Below, in pieces: positions 1 through 15,527 of a DNA stretch of 64,000 bases (position 1 is the stretch's first letter; each line of letters begins with the position of its first letter). The stretch covers positions 5,890,001 to 5,954,000 of the forward strand of contig OZ024753.1 of the NCBI GenBank assembly GCA_964016885.1, in the 5' to 3' direction. The position numbers and the translations under genes were made by a program. The notes beneath the pieces were generated by a model. That model made no database searches, was not told the DNA's origin, and was given only the letters and a program-made list of their open reading frames with translations. Origin of the DNA: Eledone cirrhosa (Eukaryota).

Positions 1-31
<31 letters not shown>

Positions 32-1003
32 ATTATATATATATATATATTATAATATTATATATATATATATTATATATATATATATATTATAATATTA
101 TATATATATATATTATATATATATATATTATAATATTATATATATATATATATTATAATATTATATATATATATATATTATAATATTATATATATATATA
201 TATATTATAATATTATATATATATATATATATTATAATATTATATATATATATATATATTATAATATTATATATATATATATATTATAATATTATATATA
301 TATATATATTATAATATTATATATATATATATATTATAATATTATATATATTATGATATTATATATATATATTATATTATATATATATATTATAATATTA
401 TATATATATATATATTATAATATTATATATATATATATTATAATATTATATATATATATATATATTATAATATTATATATATATATATTATAATATTATA
501 TATATATATATATATTATAATATTATATATATATATATTATAATATTATATATATATATATATATTATAATATTATATATATATATATATATTATAATAT
601 TATATATATATATATTATAATATTATATATATATATATATATTATAATATTATATATATATATATAATAATATTATATATATATATATATATATTATAAT
701 ATTATATATATATATATATATTATAATATTATATATATATATATATATTATAATATTATATATATATATATTATAATATTAATATATATATATATATATA
801 TTATAATATTATATATATATATATATATTATAATATTATATATATATATATATTATAATATTATATATATATATATATTATAATATTATATATATATATA
901 TATTATAATATTATATATATATATATATTATAATATTATATATATATATATATATTATAATATTATATATATATATATATTATAATATTATATATATATA
1001 TTA

Positions 1004-1042
<39 letters not shown>

Positions 1043-1137
1043 ATTATATATATATATATTATAATATTATATATATATATATTATAATATTATATATATA
1101 TATATTTATATATATATTTATATATATATTTATATAT
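1..1137. repeat. (TA)n-derived minisatellite with palindromic TATTATAATA interruption
   Basis: Unit TATTATAATA plus variable (TA)n, ~23-30 bp, repeated throughout; self-complementary. Confidence 0.95.
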
Positions 1138-1833
1138 GTGTGTGTGTGTGGAAGGATTTATGTGTACACCTCTCTCTATGTGTATTGCGTATCAAAATAT
1201 ACAGTTTTAGTCTCATGCAAATCTTTCTTTAAAATGACTTTCTTTCTTTGGGGAGAAGGAAAGAAAAAACGAAAGATCAGTGATAGCATATGAAATGAGA
1301 AACATAACAAAAGACACGGCACCGGCAATGAACCTGATTCTAATAAAGTAGATTTGTATAGAATCTTATAAAATCTCATTTCATCTCATATTCTTCACCA
1401 CACAAATGGGAATAAGAAATAATTTATCTCATACAAAATTCATGAAACGGGTCATTCCTGCATTGAAATATTTTTGAATAACTTTCAGAGACTACAGCAT
1501 TTTTATTAATTCTACAACACTAAGTTGGATACAATACCAAATGGTAACACACTATACTAATAACAATATTTACTGATATTTTCTTTTCTTTCTTTTTATC
1601 CAATTCTTTACGATAAGATGACATAAAGTTAGAAAATCAGTGTTGATATGACTTCTTCACAAGGATGAGCAATGTTATATCGAAACATCTAGATATTTAA
1701 CAACATAAACCGAATATATCTCTATATATTTGGAGAAAAATTCAGCTAAATGAAAATTGAGCAAGGGACATTACTCTTATACCAATACTTAGGAATCTAT
1801 CCGTCTTATATTCATAGAGGCAAACATTATTCA

Positions 1834-1880
<47 letters not shown>

Positions 1881-1951
1881 AAATAGCTAACTGAATAGTT
1901 CCTTTCTCTTCGTACACTTTTCTTTCTATTTATCTTCTATTTCGAAATCTA

Positions 1952-1987
1952 TCTTCTGATGAAAGACTAATGTCCGAAACGTTAAGA
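1952..1987 (+). ncRNA. Minimal type-I hammerhead ribozyme motif in a TA-flanked island (1878-2025)
   Basis: TCTT-CTGATGA-AA-GAC taat GTC-C-GAAA-CG-TT-AAGA: stem I TCTT/AAGA, stem II GAC/GTC, palindromic short stem III (AACGTT). Confidence 0.7.
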
Positions 1988-2023
1988 CTCTCTGTCTACA
2001 ATTTCTGTTTATCTTTTACATAC

Positions 2024-2026
<3 letters not shown>

Positions 2027-2064
<38 letters not shown>

Positions 2065-2101
2065 TACATACATATGTGTGTATGTAGATATATATATATA
2101 T

Positions 2102-2146
<45 letters not shown>

Positions 2147-2221
2147 CATATGTATGTATATATATATATGCACATACATACATGTGTGTGTGTATATATA
2201 TATATATATGCACATACATAC

Positions 2222-2274
<53 letters not shown>

Positions 2275-2308
2275 TACATACATACATACATACATACATA
2301 CATGTGTG

Positions 2309-2344
<36 letters not shown>

Positions 2345-2386
2345 CATATGTGTGTATGTATATATATATATATACATACATATGTG

Positions 2387-2424
<38 letters not shown>

Positions 2425-2502
2425 CATATGTGTATGTATATATATATATATATACATACATATGTGTATGTATATATATATATATATACATACATATGTG
2501 TG

Positions 2503-2546
<44 letters not shown>

Positions 2547-2572
2547 CATACATACATACATACATATGTGTG

Positions 2573-2612
<40 letters not shown>

Positions 2613-2622
2613 CATATGTGTG

Positions 2623-2660
<38 letters not shown>

Positions 2661-2670
2661 CATATGTGTG

Positions 2671-2712
<42 letters not shown>

Positions 2713-2722
2713 CATATGTGTG

Positions 2723-2760
<38 letters not shown>

Positions 2761-2805
2761 CATATGTGTGTATGTATATATATATATATATATATATATA
2801 CATAC

Positions 2806-2838
<33 letters not shown>

Positions 2839-2920
2839 CATACATATATACATACATATGTGTGTATGTATATATATATATATATATATATATACATACA
2901 TATATACATACATATGTGTG

Positions 2921-2956
<36 letters not shown>

Positions 2957-2957
2957 C

Positions 2958-2990
<33 letters not shown>

Positions 2991-3140
2991 CATACATATG
3001 TGTGTATATATATATATATATATACATACATATGTGTGTATGTATATATATATATATATATATACATACATATGTGTGTATGTATATATATATACATATG
3101 TGTGTATGTATGTATATATATATATTTGTATATATATATT
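2027..3140. repeat. Compound (TA)n/CATACATATGTGTGTATG satellite
   Basis: Near-palindromic core separated by (TA)n runs; stop-free in all six frames. Confidence 0.95.
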
Positions 3141-3660
3141 TGTGTCAGGTCACCAGTTGGTGCTACTGGTAACATGTATCCCAGAACAATCTGTCCCATG
3201 GTCGGGTCGTTCGCGACTAAACTGGCAACCCTACCAAGTTTTCTTGGTGAGGAGGGTGATTTTGGACATCCTACAGGACTAAAAACAAAACCTGTCAAAG
3301 GGCAAAGGAGCTCTTAAGAGTCAATGGCCATCCAAAATCACCGGGAGAGATGACCCCTTAGCCTTTGTCAAGGCAGAATTCTAGCAGAAGGAAAATTCTG
3401 ATATAACACCTGCAACCCTGATGGTATCCAATGATGTTGACTTGTTCTTCTTTTTGGTAAATATCATCTTGGTTAAGAGAGTGGGACTGGCTTTGTGCAG
3501 TGCTTTTGCTCACTATAAAAGCTTCACGGCACAGGCATTACTTTATATCTGGAGATCTCTCAGAACTTGTCGTCACATGGTACCATGGGCCCAGCACTAT
3601 GTGTCAATAATTGTCACAAGTGTAGTGTTTGTACCAGAGTTTTCAAGTTGCTGGCCCGAA
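3141..3660 (+). mobile_element. Interspersed repeat, probably RTE-LINE 5'UTR-like or non-autonomous element (copy 1)
   Basis: First ~206 bp recur at 9521-9727 with ~90% identity by eye; AGAAGGAAAATTCTGA motif resembles RTE 5' regions; non-coding; right boundary approximate. Confidence 0.55.
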
Positions 3661-5060
3661 TAAAAAATAATACTCGTTCAGCCCATCGGTAGGGGTTCTC
3701 CTACATGGATATAAAGTAGTGGCCCTACTCGAAAACGAGTTGGCAGCGCTCTGGTAACGAACTACTGAAAACTCAACGTCGAAACCAACGAATGATTGAT
3801 CATTTTAGTTATAAATAGTATGCAGTACTAGTGACAATTTATGAATTATGTCACATAGAAATGTTCGGATGGCTAATGTGCTAGGCCAGTAATTGTTTTT
3901 ATTAAATCCATCTCCTTTTATATTTTCACATCATTTTAAACTCTGCATAATATATATTTAGTAAACGGCCGAAATATATACCAGATTAACATGCAATATG
4001 ATATTACCTGCGGTGAACTCGAGGATCTTTAGTTACTCTTATAATATTTTTATTAAAAATGACGCCATCGGCGATGAATTAGTGCGGTTATAATAACTAA
4101 CTATCTATCTGCTTACTATGCGAAGAGATCGTTAAAACGAACAGCAAAGTATATTATGCAACCAATTTTCTCAGAAATATATATATGATATATAAATAAA
4201 AATTAAATAAATCCTATATACCAATAATAGTGTAAAACTCTGTAGACAGAAATTCTATGAAAATATATCTGCGTTCAAACAATTTGAGTTATGTACATTA
4301 AATAATTGTTGACCAAAACTTTTTAAACATCAGAATAACATGTAAAGCATCATATAAAGCTAAATACAGAAGAGAATATATTTGATACTTTTTTATCACA
4401 TTCTCTTAATAATAGGTAAGCAAAATTATATTTTAAAAATACACATTGATATGTGAAAATATCAGGAATCAAGGGAAAAAAAGTTACTAAACATATAACA
4501 TTATACTTTTACAATTTCTCTTCAAAAGTATGTATATTTTATATAGCTTTAGCGTTTGTTTACCCAATCATCATTTTTTTCTTATGACTTTTACTTCCCA
4601 TAACCCAAAATATATTTCATAATCTCGAAACTGATGGCTTGATAAGATACGGAAAATGGTAGAAACACACAAGCAGCAGTTATGTTGTTTTTTATGATTC
4701 TATCGAATGTAAAATTTGTTATTATTTTATTATATTATATTTTCATTTCGTAGTGTGCATCTGCTTATTCTGTTATTTTTCCATAAATATGATTCTATGC
4801 AACAGAACGATTCATTCGGTTGGTTAACAGCACATATATCAAATCACTTAAAGAAACCTCACTGTTTGGTTTATGGTCAAACAAGAGACTGAATTGCCAG
4901 TTCTAAGTTCAAGCTCAATCAGTAAATACATTTTCCCATCATCTTAAACATCTAAAGACATATACACATACACACACACATATACATAGACGCATACAGA
5001 TACAGACACACATTCACACATACATACATACATACATACATACATAAACACACACTCTCA

Positions 5061-5398
5061 TAACATCTGGTCGACCTTGTTCGGACATTCATGAACCTAG
5101 CACGGTGAAGCAGCATAAGTGTTGGGAGGGCATTAGGGGAACATCCTGTTTCTCTACATAGTTGGTCAATGTAAGTTAAAGCCGGCTGGCTAATCTTCTT
5201 CTGACCGTGGCCAGGTGCCTAAAGCAAACGATCGCTAACAAATTCTTGCTTTGCTCGTCAGCAGTGTCCAGCAAATCGCTTTGTTCATTCCCGCAACATT
5301 GCAGATATATCAGAGATGGGACCATAGAGCAGTTGTTTAGTGGGATGTTGTGTCCAAGAGATATTAAATTCAGCCCCCAGCATCGGTGTATAAGAACT
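5061..5398 (-). mobile_element. RTE-clade LINE 3' fragment (decayed)
   Basis: Manual minus-strand translation: YTPMLGAEFNISWTQHPTKQLLYG...RE*TKRFAGHC*RAKQE...TYIDQLCRETG, a typical RTE C-terminus with stops; ends in a TG/TATG microsatellite. Confidence 0.8.
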
Positions 5399-6520
5399 TA
5401 TATGCGGAGGAGGAAGAAGAAGAAATAAATGATGTTCTCATAGAGTTAATAATTCCCCTCTTCCTCCACCACTAAAATAAATAATTGTCATCTTCTTTTG
5501 CCTTACGTCGTTAATATACCTTTGCCATCAACAATTTCTTCCTCCCATCAATAATTCCTCTCGTTCATGACCATCACAGACACAAAAGCATAAGTATATC
5601 GATTAGACATGTTTTATATGTGAAATATGTTGCTTGCACTGGTCTTGTATCTGTGCTGTCTTTCATAGATTTACTTTGTTTTATTATTAGCTTCTTACCA
5701 TCTTATCTTAGATTCAACGTTTGTTTTATCATTTTTGTCTCTTTCACTTTTTCTCCTTGAATTTCACTTGTTTTTCGCTGATATTCTCTCTTGTGGTTTC
5801 GGTTTTGTCAATTGAAATATTGCTTTCATCTTTATATTGAAATTCCAATCCATTCAATTCTATCTCCTCAACACTTTTTTGTCTGGCTTTTGCTGTTAAA
5901 ATTAAATGCTAGTGTGTCGTCAGTAATCCCCCACCCCTCTATTTCAGAGTGCCTAATCCATCGATTCAACAAACAGTCTCCTTGCCAATACAACCAACAT
6001 AGCTACTTCGTCAACTATATACCATAATTCTTAGTGATTTCAATAATGACTTCCGCTTTCCCTTTCCCCTCCATTCCAGATGTCCCATGTTTTTTGTTTT
6101 CGTATCTATGCCTCACTCAGTTTTGTCACCTTACCTGGAGCTGGTTAGCTGATCTTAATCTACCAGTTACACAGCATAAGCTGACTATGAAGTATTGATA
6201 CTAGATCTGTGAATTCTTGCATGCATTAATTTCAACTCTTCTTATTAAGAAATGCATTGTTCCTTTCCAGGGACTACGTTAAAAAAATAACCTCATTTGG
6301 TCATTCCATGAGAGCATCTCCGTCAGCTTATGAACCTTTCAGCCGAGCCTCGAAATTCATCAAATACTTAACTTCATAAATGTTACCACACTCTCATACA
6401 AACGACCTCTTGCGTATTTACTCTCATGACTACACTTCATCTCCGAAATATAATGCACTTTATTCAGTTGAGACCAATTGCAGTCTGTATAATAATTTTA
6501 TGTGGAATACAACATCGACA

Positions 6521-6646
6521 GCCCTTTACAGTCTGAGTTTAAATCCTGCTGGGGTTAACTTTGCCTTTCATCCTTACGGGGTCGATAAAATAAAATACCG
6601 GTAATGCACTTGCATAATTGCTGGCCTTGTGCAAAAAGTAGAAATA
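6521..6646 (+). mobile_element. tRNA-derived SINE (Nin-domain-like), 5'-truncated
   Basis: Shares GTTAACTTTGCCTTTCATCCTTACGGGGTCGATAAAATAA and the GGCCTTGTGC tail with other copies in the window. Confidence 0.85.
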
Positions 6647-8446
6647 CTGTTATAGATATATGTAGCGAATTGATGGAACAACTGATTGTTCAAAGAAACA
6701 GATTTGATTTAGGATCTATAATTAGGTTTATCTTCACAGCCATAAGAGTGTTTTGAAGTTTTACCATGCAGAGTTTGTACAGTCAATGTTAACGACACCA
6801 ATGCAGTATCTTCATTGCTGTCAATAGAGGTCAATTGTATAGAGAAATATTTTCTATATAAAACTAGCTAGATTTGAGTTATTGGTAAATTGAAAATTTC
6901 ATAGAAAACTAATCATTGACAGGTAGGTGAGTGACCCATTCGATCCGGCGTTTGTATTCCTATGTGTATCAAATATGATAATTAAGATTTTCTCCAGATT
7001 TCCAGATCCTCCAACATACTAGAGAGAAATTCTCAATATTCCCTCAGAAAAAAGTGCATATTAATTTAATATACTAGAATTCTTTCCATACGCTGACGCG
7101 TATGTGTATATGTGCGTGCGTATGTGTATATGTGCGTACCTGTGTGTATATGTGCGTGCCTGTGTGTATGTACATATGCATATATTTATATGTATGAGGC
7201 TATAAATATAAACGTGCAAACAGTCACACTTACAAAACTACACATACATTCACAGAGGCAGCAGGTGTAATGAGAGGAGTAGTATTAGGTAGACAAACTA
7301 CTCCTCTCTCTTTATGTATTGTGAAAGAATCGCAGAAATTTATATATATGCAAAGAAGTCAAAGTACACCTTTGAGTGATGAGAACGTAGAAGACAAGAT
7401 AGTGGAACATAAAATATGTAATGATTTAACGGCTCTAGCATCTCGGCACACACAGATAGTTACAATTGATTATATTACCCTTTGACTTTTATATCGTTTA
7501 TAATGAAAAACAACAAAAACAAAAAGCAACAACAACACCTAAACATGGTAAATGCCTTGATAAATACAAGAAATAAAATAGAAGGAAAAATTGAAAAATC
7601 TATTCAAAAGACAGGATGTGTAATTGACTTTTTGCGCATTCTTCTAGATAACAGATTTAATGAAAGGAAGAGATCTAAAGTAAAACTCCGAAAAATATAC
7701 GAACACTATCAAACTAAAATACTATTAAATATATATATAAAAAAACGCATCAACATAATTCAGCTAATAAACTTATTTGAAATTCATTGAAAACAAAATT
7801 AAAAGAAAATCAAACCTAGCTTATAAATATATATAAAAATGGTAAATGAAGAAAATATGGCGTTCTTGTTTTTTCTTTTTACTCGTAAAGTTTTGCTGGT
7901 TAACAAAACCAACTAGGACATATGTGAATGGAAGATAAGGACCGTGCAAAATTGCAATTTCATTTCTTTGAGATAAACTTTAATTCCCCCCCCCCCGCCC
8001 CCCCTGATACTCACAAGTTTCGAACAGCTTGTTAAAAATTGTAAAAAAAAAAACGAAAAAAAAAAACGTAAGGAAAATCCCAAAACAAACTTCAACTATA
8101 ACTTCATATATAACAAAGAGAAAACATCAGAAATAACAAACAATAATATTAATCAATAAGTACCTAAAAATTAAATTTAAAAAAGAATGAAAGAATTTAT
8201 AGAGCATGTCTCAAGACAACAATCGTTTTTGAATCAAGCATTGTGATAATGTATTATGTCTTCTAATTCGTTTGGCGGTGTATAAACACACATCCTCCTA
8301 CACGTATAGACAGACACAAATAGAGACAGACTTATATATATATATGCATATATATATATATATATATATGTATATATGAATATATATATGTGTATAATAT
8401 GAATATATATATGTGTATATATGAATATATATATGTATATATGTCA

Positions 8447-9082
8447 TATACGTGAACGACGCAGTAATATACGTGAACGACAAAGTATAAATGAATTGAG
8501 AGAGAGACTGAGCATAAGAGGAATCAAATGCTGTGTGCAGGAGAGGCGGTTGCGCTGGTATGGACATGTGATGCGTATGAAGGATGATAGCTGCATAAAA
8601 AGGTGCAGAGCACTAGAAGTTGATGGAAACCGAGGAGTGGGAGACCCAAGATGATCTGGGATGAGGTGATAAAAGCCGACCATACCCAATTACACCTCTC
8701 AAAGACAATGACACACGACCGTGACTTCTGGCGTCACGCAGTAATACAGAGTACCCGACCTCCCATGGGTACAAGCTGAAGCATATAGACAATATGCCCC
8801 CACAACCGTCCCACCGCAAGGTGGTCGTGGAGGTGCTACGGGCAAAAAAGCACCCAGCCCACACTGTAAAGTGGACGTGTAGGCGCCACGAAAAAGCACC
8901 CAGCACTCACTGTAAATGAGGTTGGTGTTAGGAACGGCATCCAGCTGTAGAAATCAAGCCAGATCAGTTCCTGTAATGAGCAAGGCATGGTCAGCCGACC
9001 AGACACTGCCCACAACAGGACAACCCGTCTAACCCATGCTAGCGTGGAAGAACGGACGTAAAATGGTGATGATGATGATGAT
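8447..9082 (+). mobile_element. RTE-clade LINE 3' fragment with 3'UTR and (GAT)n tail
   Basis: ERRLRWYGHVMRMKDDSCIKRCRALEVDG motif; 3' end AACCCATGCTAGCGTGGAAGAACGGACGTAAAAT followed by (GAT)n. Confidence 0.85.
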
Positions 9083-9520
9083 ATATGTGTATATATATAT
9101 ATATGGTATATATGTGTATATATATATATATATGTATATATGTGTATATATGTATATATGTGTATATATATAATGTGTTATATATGTATATATGTGTATA
9201 TATATATGTGTATATATGTATATATGTGTATATATATATGTGTATATATGTATATATATATGTGTGTATATATGTATATATATATGTGTATATATATGTA
9301 TATATATATGTATATATACATGTATAATATACATATGAATATATATACATGTATATATACATATGAATATATATACATGTATATATACATATGAATATAT
9401 ATACATATGAATATATATACATATGAATATATAGATTATGAATATATATACATATGAATATATATACATATGAATATATATACATATGAATATATATTAT
9501 ATATATATATATATATATAA
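9083..9520. repeat. Degenerate (TA)/(TG)/CATATGAA microsatellite
   Basis: Direct inspection. Confidence 0.9.
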
Positions 9521-9726
9521 TGTCAGGTCACCAGTTGGTGCTACTGGTAACATGTATCTCAGTACAACCTGTCTCATGGTCGGGTCGTTGGCGACTAAAC
9601 TGGCAACGCCACCAAGGTTTCTCGGTGAGGAGGGTGACTTTGGACATCCTGTAGGACTAAAAACAAAAGCTGTCAAAGGGCAAAGGAGCTCTTAAGAGTC
9701 AATGGCCATCCAAAATCACCGGGAGA

Positions 9727-9727
<1 letters not shown>
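9521..9727 (+). mobile_element. Second, 3'-truncated copy of the 3141 repeat
   Basis: Same start TGTCAGGTCACCAGTTGGTGCTACTGG; flanked by TA arrays on both sides. Confidence 0.8.
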
Positions 9728-9770
<43 letters not shown>

Positions 9771-10035
9771 AGTAATAATAATAAATTTGAAGACTAAAAT
9801 CCAAAGAGGGCTCGATAAGGATAAATATATATCAAATATATAAGAACCGTAGAGCAAATATTATTTGCATAGCAAACGTTTCAACGAACCAAAGTATCGT
9901 CTTCCTGTCTTCCCCTGGTTGCAACGTTTTTTGAAATATTCACTTCTGCGTTTACAGATTGACTTTGTTAGTTTCAGAAGATCCGTTAAGGGTGAAAGCA
10001 GCGATTCTTTGCTTAAACTTTATATCTGTTATTTT
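9771..10035. mobile_element. TA-embedded repeat family A, copy 1 (others at 32878-32930 and 48241-48415)
   Basis: Shared terminus AGTAATAATA..GAAGACTAAAATCCAAAGAGGGCTCGATAAGGA in three copies; block GAAGATCC..GCAGCGATTCTTTGCTTAAACTTT shared by two. Confidence 0.8.
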
Positions 10036-10518
10036 AATAAATATATATATATAGATATATGTATACATATATATGTATATATATATATGTATATATATAT
10101 GTATATATGTAATTTATATATATATATGTATATATATATGTATATATATATGTTTGTATATATATGTGTATATATATATGTGTATATAATGTTGTATATA
10201 TATATGTTGTATATATATGTGTATATATATATGTAATATTATACTATATGTATATATGTATATATATGTTTATATATGTATATATATGTATATATATGTT
10301 TATATATGTATATATATGTATATATATGTTTATATATGTGTATATATATGTTTATATATGTGTATATATATGTTTATATATGTTTATATTATATGTATAT
10401 GTATATATATATATGTATATGTATATATATATATGTATATGTATATGTATATATATATATGTATATATATATGTATATGTATATATATATATGTATATAT
10501 ATATATGTATATGTATAT

Positions 10519-10550
<32 letters not shown>

Positions 10551-11202
10551 GTATGTATATATATATATGTATATGTATATATATGTATGTATATATATAT
10601 ATATATATATGTATGTATATATATATATGTATGTATATATATATGTATATATATATATGTATGTATATATATATGTATATATATATATATATGTATGTAT
10701 ATATGTATATATATATATATATGTATGTATATATATATGTATATATATATATATATGTATGTATATATGTATATATATATATATATGTATGTATATATGT
10801 ATATATATATATATATGTATGTATATATGTATATATATATATATATGTATGTATATATGTATATATATATATATGTATGTATATATGTATATATATATAT
10901 ATATGTATGTATATATGTATATATATATATATATGTATGTATATATATATATATATGTATGTATATATGTATATATATATATATATGTATGTATATATGT
11001 ATGTATATATGTATATATATATGTATGTATATATATATGTATGTATATATATATGTATATATATATGTATATATGTATATATATATGTATATATATATGT
11101 ATATATATATATATGTATGTATATATATATGTATATATATATATATGTATGTATATATATATGTATGTATATATATATGTATATGTATATATATGTATAT
11201 GT

Positions 11203-11236
<34 letters not shown>

Positions 11237-11335
11237 GTATGTATATATATATGTATATATATATATGTATGTATATATATATGTATATATATATATGTAT
11301 GTATATATATATATATGTATATATATATATGTATG

Positions 11336-11366
<31 letters not shown>

Positions 11367-11745
11367 GTATGTATATATATATATATGTATGTATATATAT
11401 ATGTATGTATATATATATATATGTATGTATATATATATATATGTATGTATATATATATATATGTATGTATATATATATGTATGTATGTATGTATATATGT
11501 ATGTATGTATGTATATATATATGTATGTATGTATATATATATGTATGTATATATATATATATGTATGTATGTATATATATATGTATGTATGTATATATAT
11601 ATGTATGTATGTATATATATATGTATGTATGTATATATATATGTATGTATATATATATGTATGTATATATATATGTATGTATGTATATATATATATATGT
11701 ATGTATATATATATGTATGTATGTATATATATATGTATGTATGTA

Positions 11746-11778
<33 letters not shown>

Positions 11779-11887
11779 ATATATGTGTATGTATATATAT
11801 ATGTGTATGTATATATATATGTATATATATATGTATATATGTATATATATGTATATATATATGTATGTATGTATGTATATATATATG

Positions 11888-11924
<37 letters not shown>

Positions 11925-12095
11925 GTATATATGTATATATATATGTATATATGTATATATATGTATGTATGTATATATATGTATGTATGTATATATATGT
12001 ATGTGTATGTATGTATATGTATGTATGTATATATATGTATATATATGTATGTATATGTATGTATGTATATATATGTATGTATATGTATGTATATG

Positions 12096-12194
<99 letters not shown>

Positions 12195-12225
12195 GTATGT
12201 ATGTATGTATATATATATGTGTATG

Positions 12226-12260
<35 letters not shown>

Positions 12261-12326
12261 TATATATATATGTGTATGTATATATATATGTATGTATATA
12301 TATATATATGTGTATGTATATATATG

Positions 12327-12359
<33 letters not shown>

Positions 12360-12453
12360 GTATATGTATGTATATATATGTATATGTATGTATATATATA
12401 TATATGTATATGTATATGTATGTATATATGTATGTATGTATATATATATATGT

Positions 12454-12484
<31 letters not shown>

Positions 12485-12572
12485 TGTATATATATATATG
12501 TATGTATATATATATGTATGTATATGTATGTATATATGTATATATATATATATGTATATATATATATGTATG

Positions 12573-12603
<31 letters not shown>

Positions 12604-13142
12604 GTATATGTATGTATATATATATATGTATATGTATGTATATATATATATGTATATGTATGTATATATATATATGTATATGTATGTATATATATATATG
12701 TATATGTATGTATATATATATATGTATATGTATGTATATATATATATGTATATGTATGTATATATATATATGTATATGTATGTATATATTATATATGTAT
12801 ATATATATGTATATGTATGTATATATATATATATGTATATATATATGTATATGTATATATATATGTATATGTATATATATGTATATATATATATATGTAT
12901 ATGTATGTATATGTATATATATATGTATATGTATGTATATATATGTATATATATATATATGTATATATATGTATATATATATATATGTATATATATGTAT
13001 ATATATATATATGTATATGTATGTATATGTATATATATGTATATATATATATATGTATATATATGTATATATATATATATGTATATGTATGTATATGTAT
13101 ATATATATGTATATGTATATATATATGTTATGTATATGTATG

Positions 13143-13173
<31 letters not shown>

Positions 13174-13610
13174 GTATATATATGTATATATATATATATG
13201 TATATATATGTATATATATATGTATATATATATATATGTATATATATGTATATATATATATATGTATATGTATGTATATGTATATATATATGTATATGTA
13301 TGTATATATATATATATGTATATGTATGTATATATATGTATATATATATATATGTATATGTATGTATATATATATATATGTATATGTATGTAATATATGT
13401 ATATATATATATGTATATATATATGTATATATATATGTATATATATATGTATATTATATATGTATATATATATGTATATATATTATATGTATATATATAT
13501 ATGTATATATGTATATGTATATATGTATATATATATATGTATATATATATATGTATATATGTATATGTATATATGTATATATATATATGTATATATATAT
13601 TGTATATATG

Positions 13611-13683
<73 letters not shown>

Positions 13684-14214
13684 GTATATATATATATGTA
13701 TATATATGTATATATATATATGTATATATATATATGTATATATATATATGTATATATATATATGTATATATATATGTATATATATATATGTATATATATA
13801 TGTATATATATATATGTATATATATATGTATATATATATATGTATATATATATGTATATATATATATGTATATATATATGTATATATATATGTATATATG
13901 TATATATATATATGTATATATATATATGTATATATATATGTATATATATATATGTATATATATATATGTATATATATATATGTATATATATATATGTATA
14001 TATATATATGTATATATATATATGTATATATATATATGTATATATATATATGTATATATATATATGTATATATATATATGTATATATATATATGTATATA
14101 TATATGTATATATATTTGTATATATATGTATATATATATGTATATATATGTATATATATATGTATATATATGTATATATATATGTATATATATGTATATA
14201 TATGTATATATATG

Positions 14215-14259
<45 letters not shown>

Positions 14260-14260
14260 G

Positions 14261-14307
<47 letters not shown>

Positions 14308-14463
14308 GTATATATATATATGTATATATATATATGTATATATATATATGTATATATATATATGTATATATATATATGTATATATATATATGTATATAAT
14401 ATATGTATATATATATATGTATGTATATATATATGTATATATATATATGTATATATATATATG

Positions 14464-14499
<36 letters not shown>

Positions 14500-14548
14500 T
14501 GTATGTATATTATATATATGTATATATATATATGTATATATATATATG

Positions 14549-14621
<73 letters not shown>

Positions 14622-14802
14622 GTATGTATATATATATATGTATGTATATATGTATGTATATATATATGTATATATATATATGTATATATATATATGTATA
14701 TGTATATGTATATATGTATATATGTATATGTATATATATATATGTATATATGTATATGTATATATGTATATATATATATGTATATATATATATGTATATA
14801 TG

Positions 14803-14861
<59 letters not shown>

Positions 14862-15212
14862 GTATATATATATATGTATATATATATATGTATATATATA
14901 TATGTATATATATATATGTATATATATATATGTATATATATATGTATATATATATGTATATATATATATGTATATATATATATGTATATATATATGTATA
15001 TATATATATGTATATATATATATGTATATATATATATGTATATATATATATGTATATATATATATGTATATATATATATGTATATATATATGTATATATA
15101 TGTATATATATGTATATATATATATGTATATATATATGTATATATATATATGTATATATATATGTATATATATGTATATATATATGTATATATATATATG
15201 TATATATATATG

Positions 15213-15257
<45 letters not shown>

Positions 15258-15480
15258 GTATATATATATATGTATATATATATGTATATATATATATGTA
15301 TATATATATATGTATATATATATATGTATATATATATATGTATATATATATATGTATATATATATATGTATATATATATATGTATATATATATATGTATA
15401 TATGTATATATATATATGTATATGTATGTATATATATATGTATGTATATATATATATGTATGTATATATATATATGTATG

Positions 15481-15527
<47 letters not shown>

